DNA of 64,000 nt from Nemertoderma westbladi (GCA_032718475.1 JAUCBJ010007554.1:62001-126000), one strand, 5' to 3'; counted from the first letter of the stretch, positions 1 to 13,954 are shown. Numbers and translations are program-made. Notes: generated from the letters alone by a model not told the origin.

Positions 1-905
1 CACGAGGATGATAAATTACTGGAAGGCCGGTTCCCGTGCTACTCTTTGGTGGAGATCTCCGCACGAGGATGATAAACTACTGGAAGGCCGGTTCCCGTGC
101 TACTCTTTGGTGGAGATCTCCGCACGAGGATGATAAACTACTGGAAGGCCGGTTCCCGCGCTACGCTACTCTTTGGTGGAGATCTCCGCACGAGGATGAT
201 AAACTACTGGAAGGCCGGTTCCCGCGTTACTCTTTGGTGGAGATCTCCGCACGAGGATGATAAACTACTGGAAGGCCGGTTCCCGCGCTACTCTTTGGTG
301 GAGATCTCCGCACGAGGATGATAAACTACTGGAAGGCCGGTTCCCGCGTTACTCTTTGGTGGAGATCTCCGCACGAGGATGATAAACTACTGGAAGGCCG
401 GTTCCCGCGCTACTCTTTGGTGGAGATCTCCGCACGAGGATGATAAACTACTGGAAGGCCGGTTCCCGCGCTACTCTTTGGTGGAGATCTCCGCACGAGG
501 ATGATAAACTACTGGAAGGCCGGTTCCCACGTTACTCTTTGGTGGAGATCTCCGCACGAGGATGATAAACTACTGGAAGGCCGGTTCCCGCGCTACTCTT
601 TGGTGGAGATCTCCGCACGAGGATAATAAACTACTGGAAGGCCGGTTCCCGCGCTACTCTTTGGTGGAGATCTCCGCACGAGGATGATAAACTACTGGAA
701 GGCCGGTTCCCGCGCTACTCTTTGGTGGAGATCTCCGCACGAGGATGATAAACTACTGGAAGGCCGGTTCCCGCGCTACTCTTTGGTGGAGATCTCCGCA
801 CGAGGATGATAAACTACTGGAAGGCCGGTTCCCGCGCTACTCTTTGGTGGAGATCTCCGCACGAGGATAATAAACTACTGGAAGGCCGGTTCCCACGCTA
901 CTCTT
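1..905. repeat. 61-bp tandem array (~14-15 copies visible, runs off the left edge) in an HSP90B1 intron
   Basis: Unit CACGAGGATGATAAACTACTGGAAGGCCGGTTCCCGCGCTACTCTTTGGTGGAGATCTCCG starts at 1, 62, 123...; few variants; one 5-bp CTACG duplication near 160. Confidence 0.97.
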
Positions 906-2124
906 TTATGTGCCGCCTTATCTGCTGGTTTAATGCCTTTTTTGAGCATTTTTTACCTTTCTAACTCGTATTAGACTCATTTTATTTGTTTTCAAGTGAA
1001 ATAATTTATTAAACCTACTTTATACTTTTACAGTAATTATTAATCTCAAAGCCAGAACTATGCGCAAATTTAATTTCTTTCTAGAAAGTTCATGTCACAT
1101 CAAATCACCACTAATAATTTATACGTAGGCACTATAATCATGATGTTTTGAAAAATTAGATCCACCATTTTTGAGGTTTTTAGTGCGTGTTTTTTTGTTA
1201 GAGGATCCATACCGCTGCACGCCACCTACCGGAAGAATGGGGAACAGGGTGATTTACGAATCACGCCCAGGTATCCAATATATCCAATATAATATTGCAT
1301 ACCAACGAATATGAGGTGAGGCGATGCTAGCCAGGTGATGGTTAATAACACATCTCAGGTGAGAAGCTAGCATAGGGCCGAAGGAATATGGGGTAACAGC
1401 AGTGGCGAAAACCAACCAATGGGGGGCCGCACATGGCGAGTATAACGTATATCCATTGGTAGGTCACCATGTAGGTAGGGCTGTGTGATAAGTTTCCATA
1501 CATTTTCCATATATCTGTTATCCAATATTAATTGTGTTCAGTTGGCTATTAACTACTGTGGATGTCGGACGGTTTTTGACCGTCGTCGCTGTAGTGACTC
1601 TGTAGTACTTTGAATGATTGTGCTGTAATCCATCTACCGGTACTTATATATACATATCAGCTATTATTAACAACGATAACTTTTATATTTCACCGGCCTA
1701 CGACCTTTCAACCTTCAGTCACCACACCACAAACGCGGCAACGCGTACTATTCCACGACATTGATTTACCCGGTCGGGAGCCCTCGCCAACTCGGAACCC
1801 GTCACATTTTTCAAGCTTTTATTAGCTTTTTTGGGAGCTTTATTCGATATTTTATGTTTTAATATTCCAAAATTATGATATTTATTTTGTAGCAATGGAT
1901 TTCTAGAATATTTTCTAACTATAGAAAACTTGAAGAGGCAGCGCGGAAACGGGCCAGTAAACCATCCTGGTTTCACTATTTCGGGTTTGTGGCGCATCTT
2001 AAAAACTAATTGGGCAAGAATGTAACCTTTTTTATAGTGTCACACGTTTTACTTATAAATGTTGGAATTAAATACTTATTGTTTAGTGTATTTATAAGAA
2101 CATCGCTTTTATACTAAAACTCAC

Positions 2125-2334
2125 CACTCCTTTAATGAAACTCAAGTATTTGGGTAACATCTCCTCGAATTTATCGGTAATAAAAACTCGTCTCACGTAC
2201 ATCTTGATGTTGTCCATCTTTGGGTTGTCGGTTAGCATATCAGTGGGGGCGTTGGGAGGGATATAGAGAATACTCTTAAACGTAACCTCACCCTCTGCAG
2301 TAAAGTGGATCTTACCGAGAGGGCCAACCATGTC
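2125..2334 (-). CDS. HSP90B1: Endoplasmin/GRP94 exon ([24 protein letters not shown]...LSFIKGV); gene continues left of the window
   Basis: Hsp90 middle-domain motifs [35 protein letters not shown]; acceptor ccctag|GAC, donor GTG|gtgagt; 210 nt, phase 0/0. Confidence 0.95.
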
Positions 2335-3047
2335 CTAGGGGATGTAAAGTCAAAGTCTAAGGTGGAATAAAAAACTAATGTGAGAGACCAAATTTGTATA
2401 AAAATGTACAATTTTTGCCAATAACAAAAATAACGAATAATAAACATTTACGGTTAAAGGATAGGTAACGATTTTGCTTTTTCAACTTTTTCTACTATAT
2501 ATGCATACCGGTACCCAACAACGTGTAAAAGCAAAACCCATTGGATAATATTCTTTCAATCTGCTCAGGATGTTGAGTACCGATGCCCAACTACAGCCGC
2601 CAGACTGCAGTGGTTATATTAAAAATGTTACAGAAATGTGGACATTTTACATTTTTTATACATTTCTCGATAGTTTTTTTTACTCCTACAAAGAGGTCAG
2701 GGCAGATAACCATTAAGTTTTGGATGAGTTGGCCGCAATAATTCCCGATCCCAAATCCCGAAAATTGTGGATCACGATCCCGTTGTATCACTACCATGTA
2801 CCGCCGGTCCGGTTATGGACATACTCACATCCGCCCTGATCTACCTATAACAAGGAGTTGTTGTACATTATTCGAACTAAAGTTTGTTATTAATTTATTC
2901 TCGTCTCTTGGTCTAGTTTGCTTACCTCGCTCAATGCGCTCGCCGTTATCTTGAGACTGGCGATAAAAAAATTATATTTTATTAAACTTTACAATAAATA
3001 TAGTTAACATACAAAACTTTGGCGAACACCACAGTTAGTATTAACAT

Positions 3048-6000
3048 TGATTTCAGTTGATCTGCGAACTACATTGGTAACTAACTGATTTCAGTTGATC
3101 TGCGAACTACATTGGTAACTAACTGATATCAGTTGATCTGCGAACTACATTGGTAACTAACTGATATCAGTTGATCTGCGAACTACATTGGTAACTAACT
3201 GATTTCAGTTGATCTGCGAACTACATTGGTAACTAACTGATTTCAGTTGATCTGCGAACTACATTGGTAACTAACTGATTTCAGTTGATCTGCGAACTAC
3301 ATTGGTAACTAACTGATTTCAGTTGATCTGCGAACTACATTGGTAACTAACTGATTTCAGTTGATCTGCGAACTACATTCTGCGAACTACATTGGTAACT
3401 AACTGATATCAGTTGATCTGCGAACTACATTGGTAACTAACTGATTTCAGTTGATCTGCGAACTACATTGGTAACTAACTGATATCAGTTGATCTGCGAA
3501 CTACATTGGTAACTAACTGATATCAGTTGATCTGCTAACTACATTGGTAACTAACTGATATCAGTTGATCTGCGAACTACATTGGTAACTAACTGATATC
3601 AGTTGATCTGCGAACTACATTGGTAACTAACTGATATCAGTTGATCTGCGAACTACATTGGTAACTAACTGATTTCAGTTGATCTGCGAACTACATTGGT
3701 AACTAACTGATTTCAGTTGATCTGCGAACTACATTGGTAACTAACTGATATCAGTTGATCTGCGAACTACATTGGTAACTAACTGATATCAGTTGATCTG
3801 CGAACTACATTGGTAACTAACTGATTTCAGTTGATCTGCGAACTACATTGGTAACTAACTGATATCAGTTGATCTGCGAACTACATTGGTAACTAACTGA
3901 TTTCAGTTGATCTGCGAACTACATTCTGCGAACTACATTGGTAACTAACTGATATCAGTTGATCTGCGAACTACATTGGTAACTAACTGATATCAGTTGA
4001 TCTGCGAACTACATTGGTAACTAACTGATATCAGTTGATCTGCGAACTACATTGGTAACTAACTGATATCAGTTGATCTGCGAACTACATTGGTAACTAA
4101 CTGATATCAGTTGATCTGCGAACTACATTGGTAACTAACTGATATCAGTTGATCTGCGAACTACATTGGTAACTAACTGATATCAGTTGATCTGCGAACT
4201 ACATTGGTAACTAACTGATATCAGTTGATCTGCGAACTACATTGGTAACTAACTGATATCAGTTGATCTGCGAACTACATTGGTAACTAACTGATATCAG
4301 TTGATCTGCGAACTACATTGGTAACTAACTGATATCAGTTGATCTGCGAACTACATTGGTAACTAACTGATATCAGTTGATCTGCGAACTACATTGGTAA
4401 CTAACTGATATCAGTTGATCTGCGAACTACATTGGTAACTAACTGATATCAGTTGATCTGCGAACTACATTGGTAACTAACTGATTTCAGTTGATCTGCG
4501 AACTACATTGGTAACTAACTGATATCAGTTGATCTGCGAACTACATTGGTAACTAACTGATTTCAGTTGATCTGCCAACTACATTGGTAACTAACTGATA
4601 TCAGTTGATCTGCGAACTACATTGGTAACTAACTGATATCAGTTGATCTGCGAACTACATTGGTAACTAACTGATTTCAGTTGATCTGCGAACTACATTG
4701 GTAACTAACTGATATCAGTTGATCTGCGAACTACATTGGTAACTAACTGATTTCAGTTGATCTGCGAACTACATTCTGCGAACTACATTGGTAACTAACT
4801 GATATCAGTTGATCTGCGAACTACATTGGTAACTAACTGATTTCAGTTGATCTGCGAACTACATTGGTAACTAACTGATTTCAGTTGATCTGCGAACTAC
4901 ATTGGTAACTAACTGATATCAGTTGATCTGCGAACTACATTGGTAACTAACTGATTTCAGTTGATCTGCCAACTACATTGGTAACTAACTGATATCAGTT
5001 GATCTGCTAACTACATTGGTAACTAACTGATATCAGTTGATCTGCGAACTACATTGGTAACTAACTGATTTCAGTTGATCTGCGAACTACATTGGTAACT
5101 AACTGATATCAGTTGATCTGCGAACTACATTGGTAACTAACTGATATCAGTTGATCTGCGAACTACATTGGTAACTAACTGATATCAGTTGATCTGCGAA
5201 CTACATTGGTAACTAACTGATATCAGTTGATCTGCGAACTACATTGGTAACTAACTGATTTCAGTTGATCTGCGAACTACATTGGTAACTAACTGATATC
5301 AGTTGATCTGCGAACTACATTGGTAACTAACTGATTTCAGTTGATCTGCGAACTACATTCTGCGAACTACATTGGTAACTAACTGATATCAGTTGATCTG
5401 CGAACTACATTGGTAACTAACTGATATCAGTTGATCTGCGAACTACATTGGTAACTAACTGATTTCAGTTGATCTGCGAACTACATTGGTAACTAACTGA
5501 TATCAGTTGATCTGCGAACTACATTGGTAACTAACTGATTTCAGTTGATCTGCGAACTACATTGGTAACTAACTGATATCAGTTGATCTGCGAACTACAT
5601 TGGTAACTAACTGATTTCAGTTGATCTGCGAACTACATTGGTAACTAACTGATATCAGTTGATCTGCGAACTACATTGGTAACTAACTGATTTCAGTTGA
5701 TCTGCGAACTACATTGGTAACTAACTGATTTCAGTTGATCTGCGAACTACATTGGTAACTAACTGATTTCAGTTGATCTGCGAACTACATTGGTAACTAA
5801 CTGATATCAGTTGATCTGCGAACTACATTGGTAACTAACTGATATCAGTTGATCTGCGAACTACATTGGTAACTAACTGATATCAGTTGATCTGCGAACT
5901 ACATTGGTAACTAACTGATATCAGTTGATCTGCGAACTACATTGGTAACTAACTGATTTCAGTTGATCTGCGAACTACATTGGTAACTAACTGATATCAG

Positions 6001-9000
6001 TTGATCTGCGAACTACATTGGTAACTAACTGATATCAGTTGATCTGCGAACTACATTGGTAACTAACTGATATCAGTTGATCTGCGAACTACATTGGTAA
6101 CTAACTGATTTCAGTTGATCTGCGAACTACATTGGTAACTAACTGATTTCAGTTGATCTGCGAACTACATTGGTAACTAACTGATATCAGTTGATCTGCG
6201 AACTACATTGGTAACTAACTGATTTCAGTTGATCTGCGAACTACATTGGTAACTAACTGATATCAGTTGATCTGCGAACTACATTGGTAACTAACTGATA
6301 TCAGTTGATCTGCGAACTACATTGGTAACTAACTGATATCAGTTGATCTGCGAACTACATTGGTAACTAACTGATATCAGTTGATCTGCGAACTACATTG
6401 GTAACTAACTGATTTCAGTTGATCTGCGAACTACATTGGTAACTAACTGATTTCAGTTGATCTGCGAACTACATTGGTAACTAACTGATATCAGTTGATC
6501 TGCGAACTACATTGGTAACTAACTGATATCAGTTGATCTGCGAACTACATTGGTAACTAACTGATATCAGTTGATCTGCGAACTACATTGGTAACTAACT
6601 GATTTCAGTTGATCTGCGAACTACATTGGTAACTAACTGATATCAGTTGATCTGCGAACTACATTGGTAACTAACTGATTTCAGTTGATCTGCGAACTAC
6701 ATTGGTAACTAACTGATTTCAGTTGATCTGCGAACTACATTGGTAACTAACTGATATCAGTTGATCTGCGAACTACATTGGTAACTAACTGATTTCAGTT
6801 GATCTGCGAACTACATTGGTAACTAACTGATTTCAGTTGATCTGCGAACTACATTGGTAACTAACTGATATCAGTTGATCTGCGAACTACATTGGTAACT
6901 AACTGATTTCAGTTGATCTGCGAACTACATTGGTAACTAACTGATATCAGTTGATCTGCGAACTACATTGGTAACTAACTGATATCAGTTGATCTGCGAA
7001 CTACATTGGTAACTAACTGATTTCAGTTGATCTGCGAACTACATTGGTAACTAACTGATATCAGTTGATCTGCGAACTACATTGGTAACTAACTGATTTC
7101 AGTTGATCTGCGAACTACATTCTGCGAACTACATTGGTAACTAACTGATATCAGTTGATCTGCGAACTACATTGGTAACTAACTGATTTCAGTTGATCTG
7201 CGAACTACATTGGTAACTAACTGATTTCAGTTGATCTGCGAACTACATTGGTAACTAACTGATATCAGTTGATCTGCGAACTACATTGGTAACTAACTGA
7301 TTTCAGTTGATCTGCGAACTACATTGGTAACTAACTGATATCAGTTGATCTGCGAACTACATTGGTAACTAACTGATATCAGTTGATCTGCGAACTACAT
7401 TGGTAACTAACTGATTTCAGTTGATCTGCGAACTACATTGGTAACTAACTGATATCAGTTGATCTGCGAACTACATTGGTAACTAACTGATATCAGTTGA
7501 TCTGCGAACTACATTGGTAACTAACTGATATCAGTTGATCTGCGAACTACATTGGTAACTAACTGATATCAGTTGATCTGCGAACTACATTGGTAACTAA
7601 CTGATTTCAGTTGATCTGCGAACTACATTGGTAACTAACTGATATCAGTTGATCTGCGAACTACATTGGTAACTAACTGATTTCAGTTGATCTGCGAACT
7701 ACATTCTGCGAACTACATTGGTAACTAACTGATATCAGTTGATCTGCGAACTACATTGGTAACTAACTGATTTCAGTTGATCTGCGAACTACATTGGTAA
7801 CTAACTGATATCAGTTGATCTGCGAACTACATTGGTAACTAACTGATATCAGTTGATCTGCGAACTACATTGGTAACTAACTGATATCAGTTGATCTGCG
7901 AACTACATTGGTAACTAACTGATATCAGTTGATCTGCGAACTACATTGGTAACTAACTGATTTCAGTTGATCTGCGAACTACATTGGTAACTAACTGATA
8001 TCAGTTGATCTGCGAACTACATTGGTAACTAACTGATATCAGTTGATCTGCGAACTACATTGGTAACTAACTGATATCAGTTGATCTGCGAACTACATTG
8101 GTAACTAACTGATATCAGTTGATCTGCGAACTACATTGGTAACTAACTGATTTCAGTTGATCTGCGAACTACATTGGTAACTAACTGATTTCAGTTGATC
8201 TGCGAACTACATTGGTAAATAACTGATATCAGTTGATCTGCGAACTACATTGGTAACTAACTGATATCAGTTGATCTGCGAACTACATTGGTAACTAACT
8301 GATATCAGTTGATCTGCGAACTACATTGGTAACTAACTGATATCAGTTGATCTGCGAACTACATTGGTAACTAACTGATATCAGTTGATCTGCGAACTAC
8401 ATTGGTAACTAACTGATATCAGTTGATCTGCGAACTACATTGGTAACTAACTGATTTCAGTTGATCTGCGAACTACATTGGTAACTAACTGATATCAGTT
8501 GATCTGCGAACTACATTGGTAACTAACTGATATCAGTTGATCTGCGAACTACATTGGTAACTAACTGATATCAGTTGATCTGCGAACTACATTGGTAACT
8601 AACTGATATCAGTTGATCTGCGAACTACATTGGTAACTAACTGATATCAGTTGATCTGCGAACTACATTGGTAACTAACTGATATCAGTTGATCTGCGAA
8701 CTACATTGGTAACTAACTGATATCAGTTGATCTGCGAACTACATTGGTAACTAACTGATATCAGTTGATCTGCGAACTACATTGGTAACTAACTGATTTC
8801 AGTTGATCTGCGAACTACATTGGTAACTAACTGATTTCAGTTGATCTGCGAACTACATTGGTAACTAACTGATATCAGTTGATCTGCGAACTACATTGGT
8901 AACTAACTGATTTCAGTTGATCTGCGAACTACATTGGTAACTAACTGATTTCAGTTGATCTGCGAACTACATTGGTAACTAACTGATATCAGTTGATCTG

Positions 9001-9060
9001 CGAACTACATTGGTAACTAACTGATTTCAGTTGATCTGCGAACTACATTGGTAACTAACT
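3048..9060. repeat. 38-bp tandem array (~6 kb, roughly 155 copies) filling an HSP90B1 intron
   Basis: Unit CTGAT[A/T]TCAGTTGATCTGCGAACTACATTGGTAACTAA; nearly invariant except one A/T site and occasional 14-bp CTGCGAACTACATT duplications. Confidence 0.98.
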
Positions 9061-9292
9061 ATATGGTGGCTGAGGCATTGAAAAAGTTCGTATGTTGGAA
9101 ATTTGGAGAAAAGTATAAGAGTTGGATGTTACAGCTAAGAAAATTCTTTGTTTTTGAGTATAAAAATATTTACTAAAAACTGTGGATTTCCCTGGTCGAT
9201 TTCTTGAGCATTTATTTATATTGAGAGATAAACAGAGATATTTCGACTATAATATGTCTGGTCGTATAGAACACAACGGTATTTGAACCAAC

Positions 9293-9475
9293 CTTGGAGA
9301 TGGTCTTGTAGAATTCATCATACTCCTCGTCAGTAACCTCTGCTGCTTTCCGTGTCCATATCGGTTTGGTTGAGTTCATCAGCTCCCAGTACCAAACTGT
9401 TTCTTTCTTTGTTTTCTTCTCTTTAACTTCTGCCTCGGCCTCCTCCTCAACAGTTGCATCCTCATCATCCGTGTC
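9293..9475 (-). CDS. HSP90B1: Endoplasmin/GRP94 exon (DTDDEDATVEEE...KPIWTR...FYKTISK)
   Basis: End of charged linker plus WELMNSTKPIWTR and EYDEFYK motifs; acceptor ctaaag|GAC, donor AAG|gttggt; 183 nt, phase 0/0. Confidence 0.95.
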
Positions 9476-9589
9476 CTTTAGAAAACGATATTTTAACAAA
9501 ATTTAAAATATTATTTAAAGCGGCGACTGTTGACATCGCGTTGTGAACATTTTTATATAAGTTGAAAATAAAACTATAATTGCCTAAAA

Positions 9590-10157
9590 AGGGAAAATCG
9601 ACAAAATAAAGCTGCTTACGAACAAAAACGTAACTGTAACCGGCGCTATTGGCACCTCGTTTATTGTTTAGGATAGAATAAAATGTCACTGTAACCGGCG
9701 CTATTGGCCCCTCGTTTATTGTTTAGGATAGAATAAAATGTCACTGTAACCGGCGCTATTGGCCCCTCGTTTATTGTTTAGGATAGAATAACATGTCACT
9801 GTAACCGGCGCTATTGGCCCCTCGTTTATTGTTTAGGATAGAATAACATGTCACTGTAACCGGCGCTATTGGCCCCTCGTTTATTGTTTAGGATAGAATA
9901 AAATGTCACTGTAACCGGCGCTATTGGCCTCTCGTTTATTGTTTAGGATAGAATAAAATGTCACTGTAACCGGCGCTATTGGCCCCTCGTTTATTGTTTA
10001 GGATAGAATAACATGTCACTGTAACCGGCGCTATTGGCCCCTCGTTTATTGTTTAGGATAGAATAACATGTCACTGTAACCGGCGCTATTGGCACCTCGT
10101 TTATTGTTTAGGATAGAATAAAATGTCACTGTAACCTGTTGCTTTCCCTTAATTGAT
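9590..10157. repeat. Small dispersed element with an internal 55-bp unit expanded to 9 tandem copies
   Basis: ACTGTAACC recurs every 55 bp from 9633 to 10128; flanks align with a single-unit copy at 33113-33240; ends GGGAAA...TTTCCC. Confidence 0.9.
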
Positions 10158-10262
10158 ATGTTAGACAAAAGTTATATAACAACAAAACTATAACAACTAT
10201 CATGGGGTTATAACTTCGAAGTTAATTAAATCATTCATTTTCCCAACATTCCAACTATTTAC

Positions 10263-10461
10263 CTTTTTCTCATCCTCTACTTCCTTATCTTCCTCCGGCT
10301 TCTCTTCCTCGACTGGCTTCTCTTCCTCTTCAACTTCAACGTCCTCCTCTTTACTGGTCCACAAATAAATATTAAAGTTTATGAACTGCGAATATTTCTT
10401 GACTAATTCTTGCACAGTGCTTGTCTCAAGGAAATCTTGGGCTTCTTCTTTCAAATGTAAA
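10263..10461 (-). CDS. HSP90B1: Endoplasmin/GRP94 exon ([12 protein letters not shown]...[13 protein letters not shown]...EDEKK)
   Basis: Conserved [15 protein letters not shown] then acidic linker; acceptor ttacag|T, donor AAG|gtaaat; phase 2/0 fits both neighbouring exons. Confidence 0.95.
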
Positions 10462-10807
10462 CTGTAAGAGAATAGAATTACAAGTAATAGTTGTATTACC
10501 TCAAATAATATCATCTTAAAATAGGGGAAACTCTAATAAGCCATCAGGTCCGCGTAGTTCAATCCCTCTTTCCGGTGAATTTTTTTTGATAGTAAGATTG
10601 GTAATAAGCCATTCAAGAAGTTAGTTCATCTGTTAATAGACGCGGACCTTTGTCCCTTGGGCGATTTCGCGCTTATAATAATACTGTTATAGATTTATAT
10701 AATTTTTCTAGGTTGTTCCCTACATAAGTTCTCGCTGTTCGCATACCTTAGTTTAGTTGTTCCACAAGGTGTTTCCATATGTTCCATGATCACCGGGTAC
10801 CACGAGT

Positions 10808-11890
10808 CAGTTGTGCCGCGTAGGGTTACAGGAAAACGTACCTTATAGTTAGTTGTGCCGCGAGAGTTTAGACGATCACAACAAACCTTATAGTTAGTTG
10901 TGCAGCGAGGGGTTAGAGGATCACATACCTTATAGTAGTGCCGCGAGAGGTTTGAGGATCACACACCTTCTAGTAGTGCCGCGAGAGTTTAGAGGATCAC
11001 ATAACTTATAGTTAGTTGTGCCGCGAGAGTTTAGAGGATCACATCACATACCTTATAGTTGGGTGTGTCGCGATAGTTTAGAGGATCACGTATCTTATAG
11101 TTAGTTGTGCTGCGAGAGGTTTGAGGATCACATACCTTATAGTTAGTTGTGCCGCGAGGGGTTAAAGGATCTTAGATACCTTATATTAGTGCCGCGAGAG
11201 GTTTGAGGATCACATACCTTATAGTTAGCTGTGCCGCGAGGGGATAGAGGATCAATTACCTTATAGTAGTGCCGCGAGAGTTTAGAGGATCACATAGCTT
11301 AGCTGTGCCGCGAGAGTTTATAGAATCACATACCTTTTAGTTAGTTGTGCAGCGTGGGGTTAGAGGATCACACACCTTATAGTTAGTTGTGCCGCAAGAG
11401 TTTAGAGGATCACACACCTAGTTAGTCGTGCCGCGAGAGGTTTGAGGATCACATACCTTATAGTTTCTTGTGCCGCCAGAGGTTAGAGGATCACATACCT
11501 TATAGTTGTGCCGCGAGCTGTTAGTGGATCACTTAGCATATAGTTAGTTGTGCCGCGAGAGGTTAGACGATCACATACCTTAGTTAGATGTGCCGCGAGA
11601 GGTTTGAGGATCACATACCTTATAGTTAGTTGCGCCGCGAGGGGTTAGGGGATCTTAGATACCTTATAGCAGTGCCGCGAGAGGTTTAAGGATCACATAC
11701 CTTATAGTTAGCTGTGCCGCGAGGGGTTAGAGGATCAATTACCTTATAGTAGTGCCGCGAGAGTTTAGATGATCACATACCTAGTTAGTTGTGCCGCGAG
11801 AGGTTTGAGGATCACATGCCTTAAAGTTAGTTGTGCCGCGAGAGGTTAGAGTATCACATACCTTATAGTTAGTTGTGCCGCGAGAGGTTA
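10808..11890. repeat. Diverged ~42-bp tandem array (~25 copies) derived from the adjacent exon end and splice donor
   Basis: Unit GAGGATCACATACCTTATAG(TTAG)TTGTGCCGCGAGAGGTTT matches the real junction ACATACCTTATAGTTGTGCCGCGAG at 11898-11922. Confidence 0.93.
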
Positions 11891-11903
11891 ACGCATTACA
11901 TAC

Positions 11904-12100
11904 CTTATAGTTGTGCCGCGAGGCAAAGTATTCCCTCTAGGATCGAGGTTGACAGAGAACTCTGCCGCATTGCTCTCCCAGATGTATTGATCGTCGTCGT
12001 TATGTTTGGACGTTACGACAACCCGATCGGCAACCAAAAACGACGAATAGAAGCCAACCCCGAACTGCCCGATTAAATCGTTGTCGGAAACTTGGCCGCC
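11904..12100 (-). CDS. HSP90B1: Endoplasmin/GRP94 exon ([24 protein letters not shown]...RGTTI)
   Basis: Hsp90 signature [10 protein letters not shown]; acceptor tttcag|GGC, donor AG|gtatgt; 197 nt, phase 0/2. Confidence 0.97.
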
Positions 12101-13954
12101 CTGAAACGGAAGCAATTCTACCTTACACACTCATACCTACCTACTGCACCCAACCATTATATTGTCAGGGTAAATACAAATATATTATAAAGTAAAAACA
12201 TGCAGATTGATACGCCTTTTATAATGTAATAGGACAATATGATAATGCTCTCCATAGCGAAAAATATCCCGTAAAATATCCCGAAAAATATTCCGTATTT
12301 TACTGTGGTTGAGTTCGAGTGCAAGGTACCCATAGCCAACGACAATGTGGAACAATGTAACGTACCGGTGCATGGGTAGGCAACTGTAAAACCTAAAATC
12401 TACAATAAATAATGTTGGTGTGGGTAACAAACAATATTATAAATGATTGACAGATTAGGTACAAACGAACATCTGTCAGATTTTACCACAAATTTCAAAG
12501 TTAAATATAATATAGTGTTTTTTAAACTTTTAAATGTGTTTTAGACATATTAGGGGGGGGGGGGGGGGGGGGTTGTAAAATGGCTGTCAAATTAGTGTTA
12601 GAGGTTGGCTATAGCGATACCGGCAACTATTTTATCAAGGTCAACAACTCTATGGACCCCTAGCGGCTGGCGTTGGAATTAGAGATTTCACTAAAAACTT
12701 TACTAAACCCGCAATCTTAGTCCAAATTTCTTGAAACCAACTTTTTGGACTCAGCACCATCGAATCTACAAAAAATGGTAGAGGAGATAGTAATTTGAAA
12801 AATGAAAAAAGTCATCCCGAGATAATCGCCTTCAAACTCTCCCGCTGTGATCTGGTTGGTTATCTGGCACGAAGGAAACCCAACTACGCGCCGCTGATTT
12901 CATTGTCAGTCTTTTCATCAGTCTCAGTCATTTCATCTAGTCTGTCGGTTGTCTGTCTGTCTTACAATTTTACGGACAGACCGTTATACGGAAACTATAC
13001 GTTATACGGTCTCGCTAAGCGGTTTTCAGATGAGATGAATTAATGTATATTAAATTAAAAAAACAACAATTTGTAATTTTAATACCTGTTGTACCGTTGC
13101 TTTATATTGACCTAACATACTGAATGATTTACATATTATTTGGAAGCGCCAAATGTTTAACAAAAAGTTGGAATTTAAGCCAATTTGAGAAATATTCATA
13201 AAAGATAATTCAATTCTTTAAAATGACCATTTCGTATCGGGATTTGTTAGAACCTTACGTTTTCGATGCTTCTGATTTGGAATTTGCAGATTGTTTTGTT
13301 TGTCAATGTTGATGAATTTGCGATCGATTTTTTGATAAATCTGGCGAAAATTTATTTTTATGTTAAATTATCTCTCTACCTAGACGAATCCCAACGATAT
13401 GAACAAACAAACTTCCCCAGTTCGGCATAACGAAACGTTTAATGGCAAAAATCTTTAACTCATCCGGTCTAGTGATACAGTTTATATTTCTTTACAGTTT
13501 TTATTACCTTACTGGTTGGTTACCTAACTGAACACTAAAAAAGTATGTGTATTGTGTATGTCAACAATTTGAGTCTAAAAGCGTAAAATTACGTGCGGCG
13601 AAACTTCAACAATGCCCGAAATGTTTCGTGGCCTCAACTTATTTTACCGACTCAATACGTTCGTTAGTGTAACAAATACTAGAATCTGATATGAACAGTG
13701 TAAAGTAATACTTTATAGACAAGTTAAGTGGTTAAATCACTAAAAAAAATAGCTACCAAAAACTCACTAACCTATCAATATCACTAAAATTTGAGAGTAT
13801 GAGAGTTTGAAAGTATCTTTCTGACTAAAGCAGTGCGAGATATTGGATGTAGCAGGATTGGACAACAAAACAATAACTCCAAGAGTTAGTGGATGTAAAC
13901 CTAAACAATAAGACAATCCTTATGTACAATATCTCATCAACTACAGAAACTTAC

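Noticed and set aside
10546-10650. tRNA/SINE-like GTTCAATCCC with AGGTCCGCGT...ACGCGGACCT inverted repeat
   Set aside because: No complete cloverleaf or A box; too little to call a tRNA or SINE.
12550-13800. TE-like intron segment resembling 23600-24300 (TGTCTGTCTGTC, CTGATTTCAT motifs)
   Set aside because: Probably old non-autonomous elements, but I could not define termini or TSDs.
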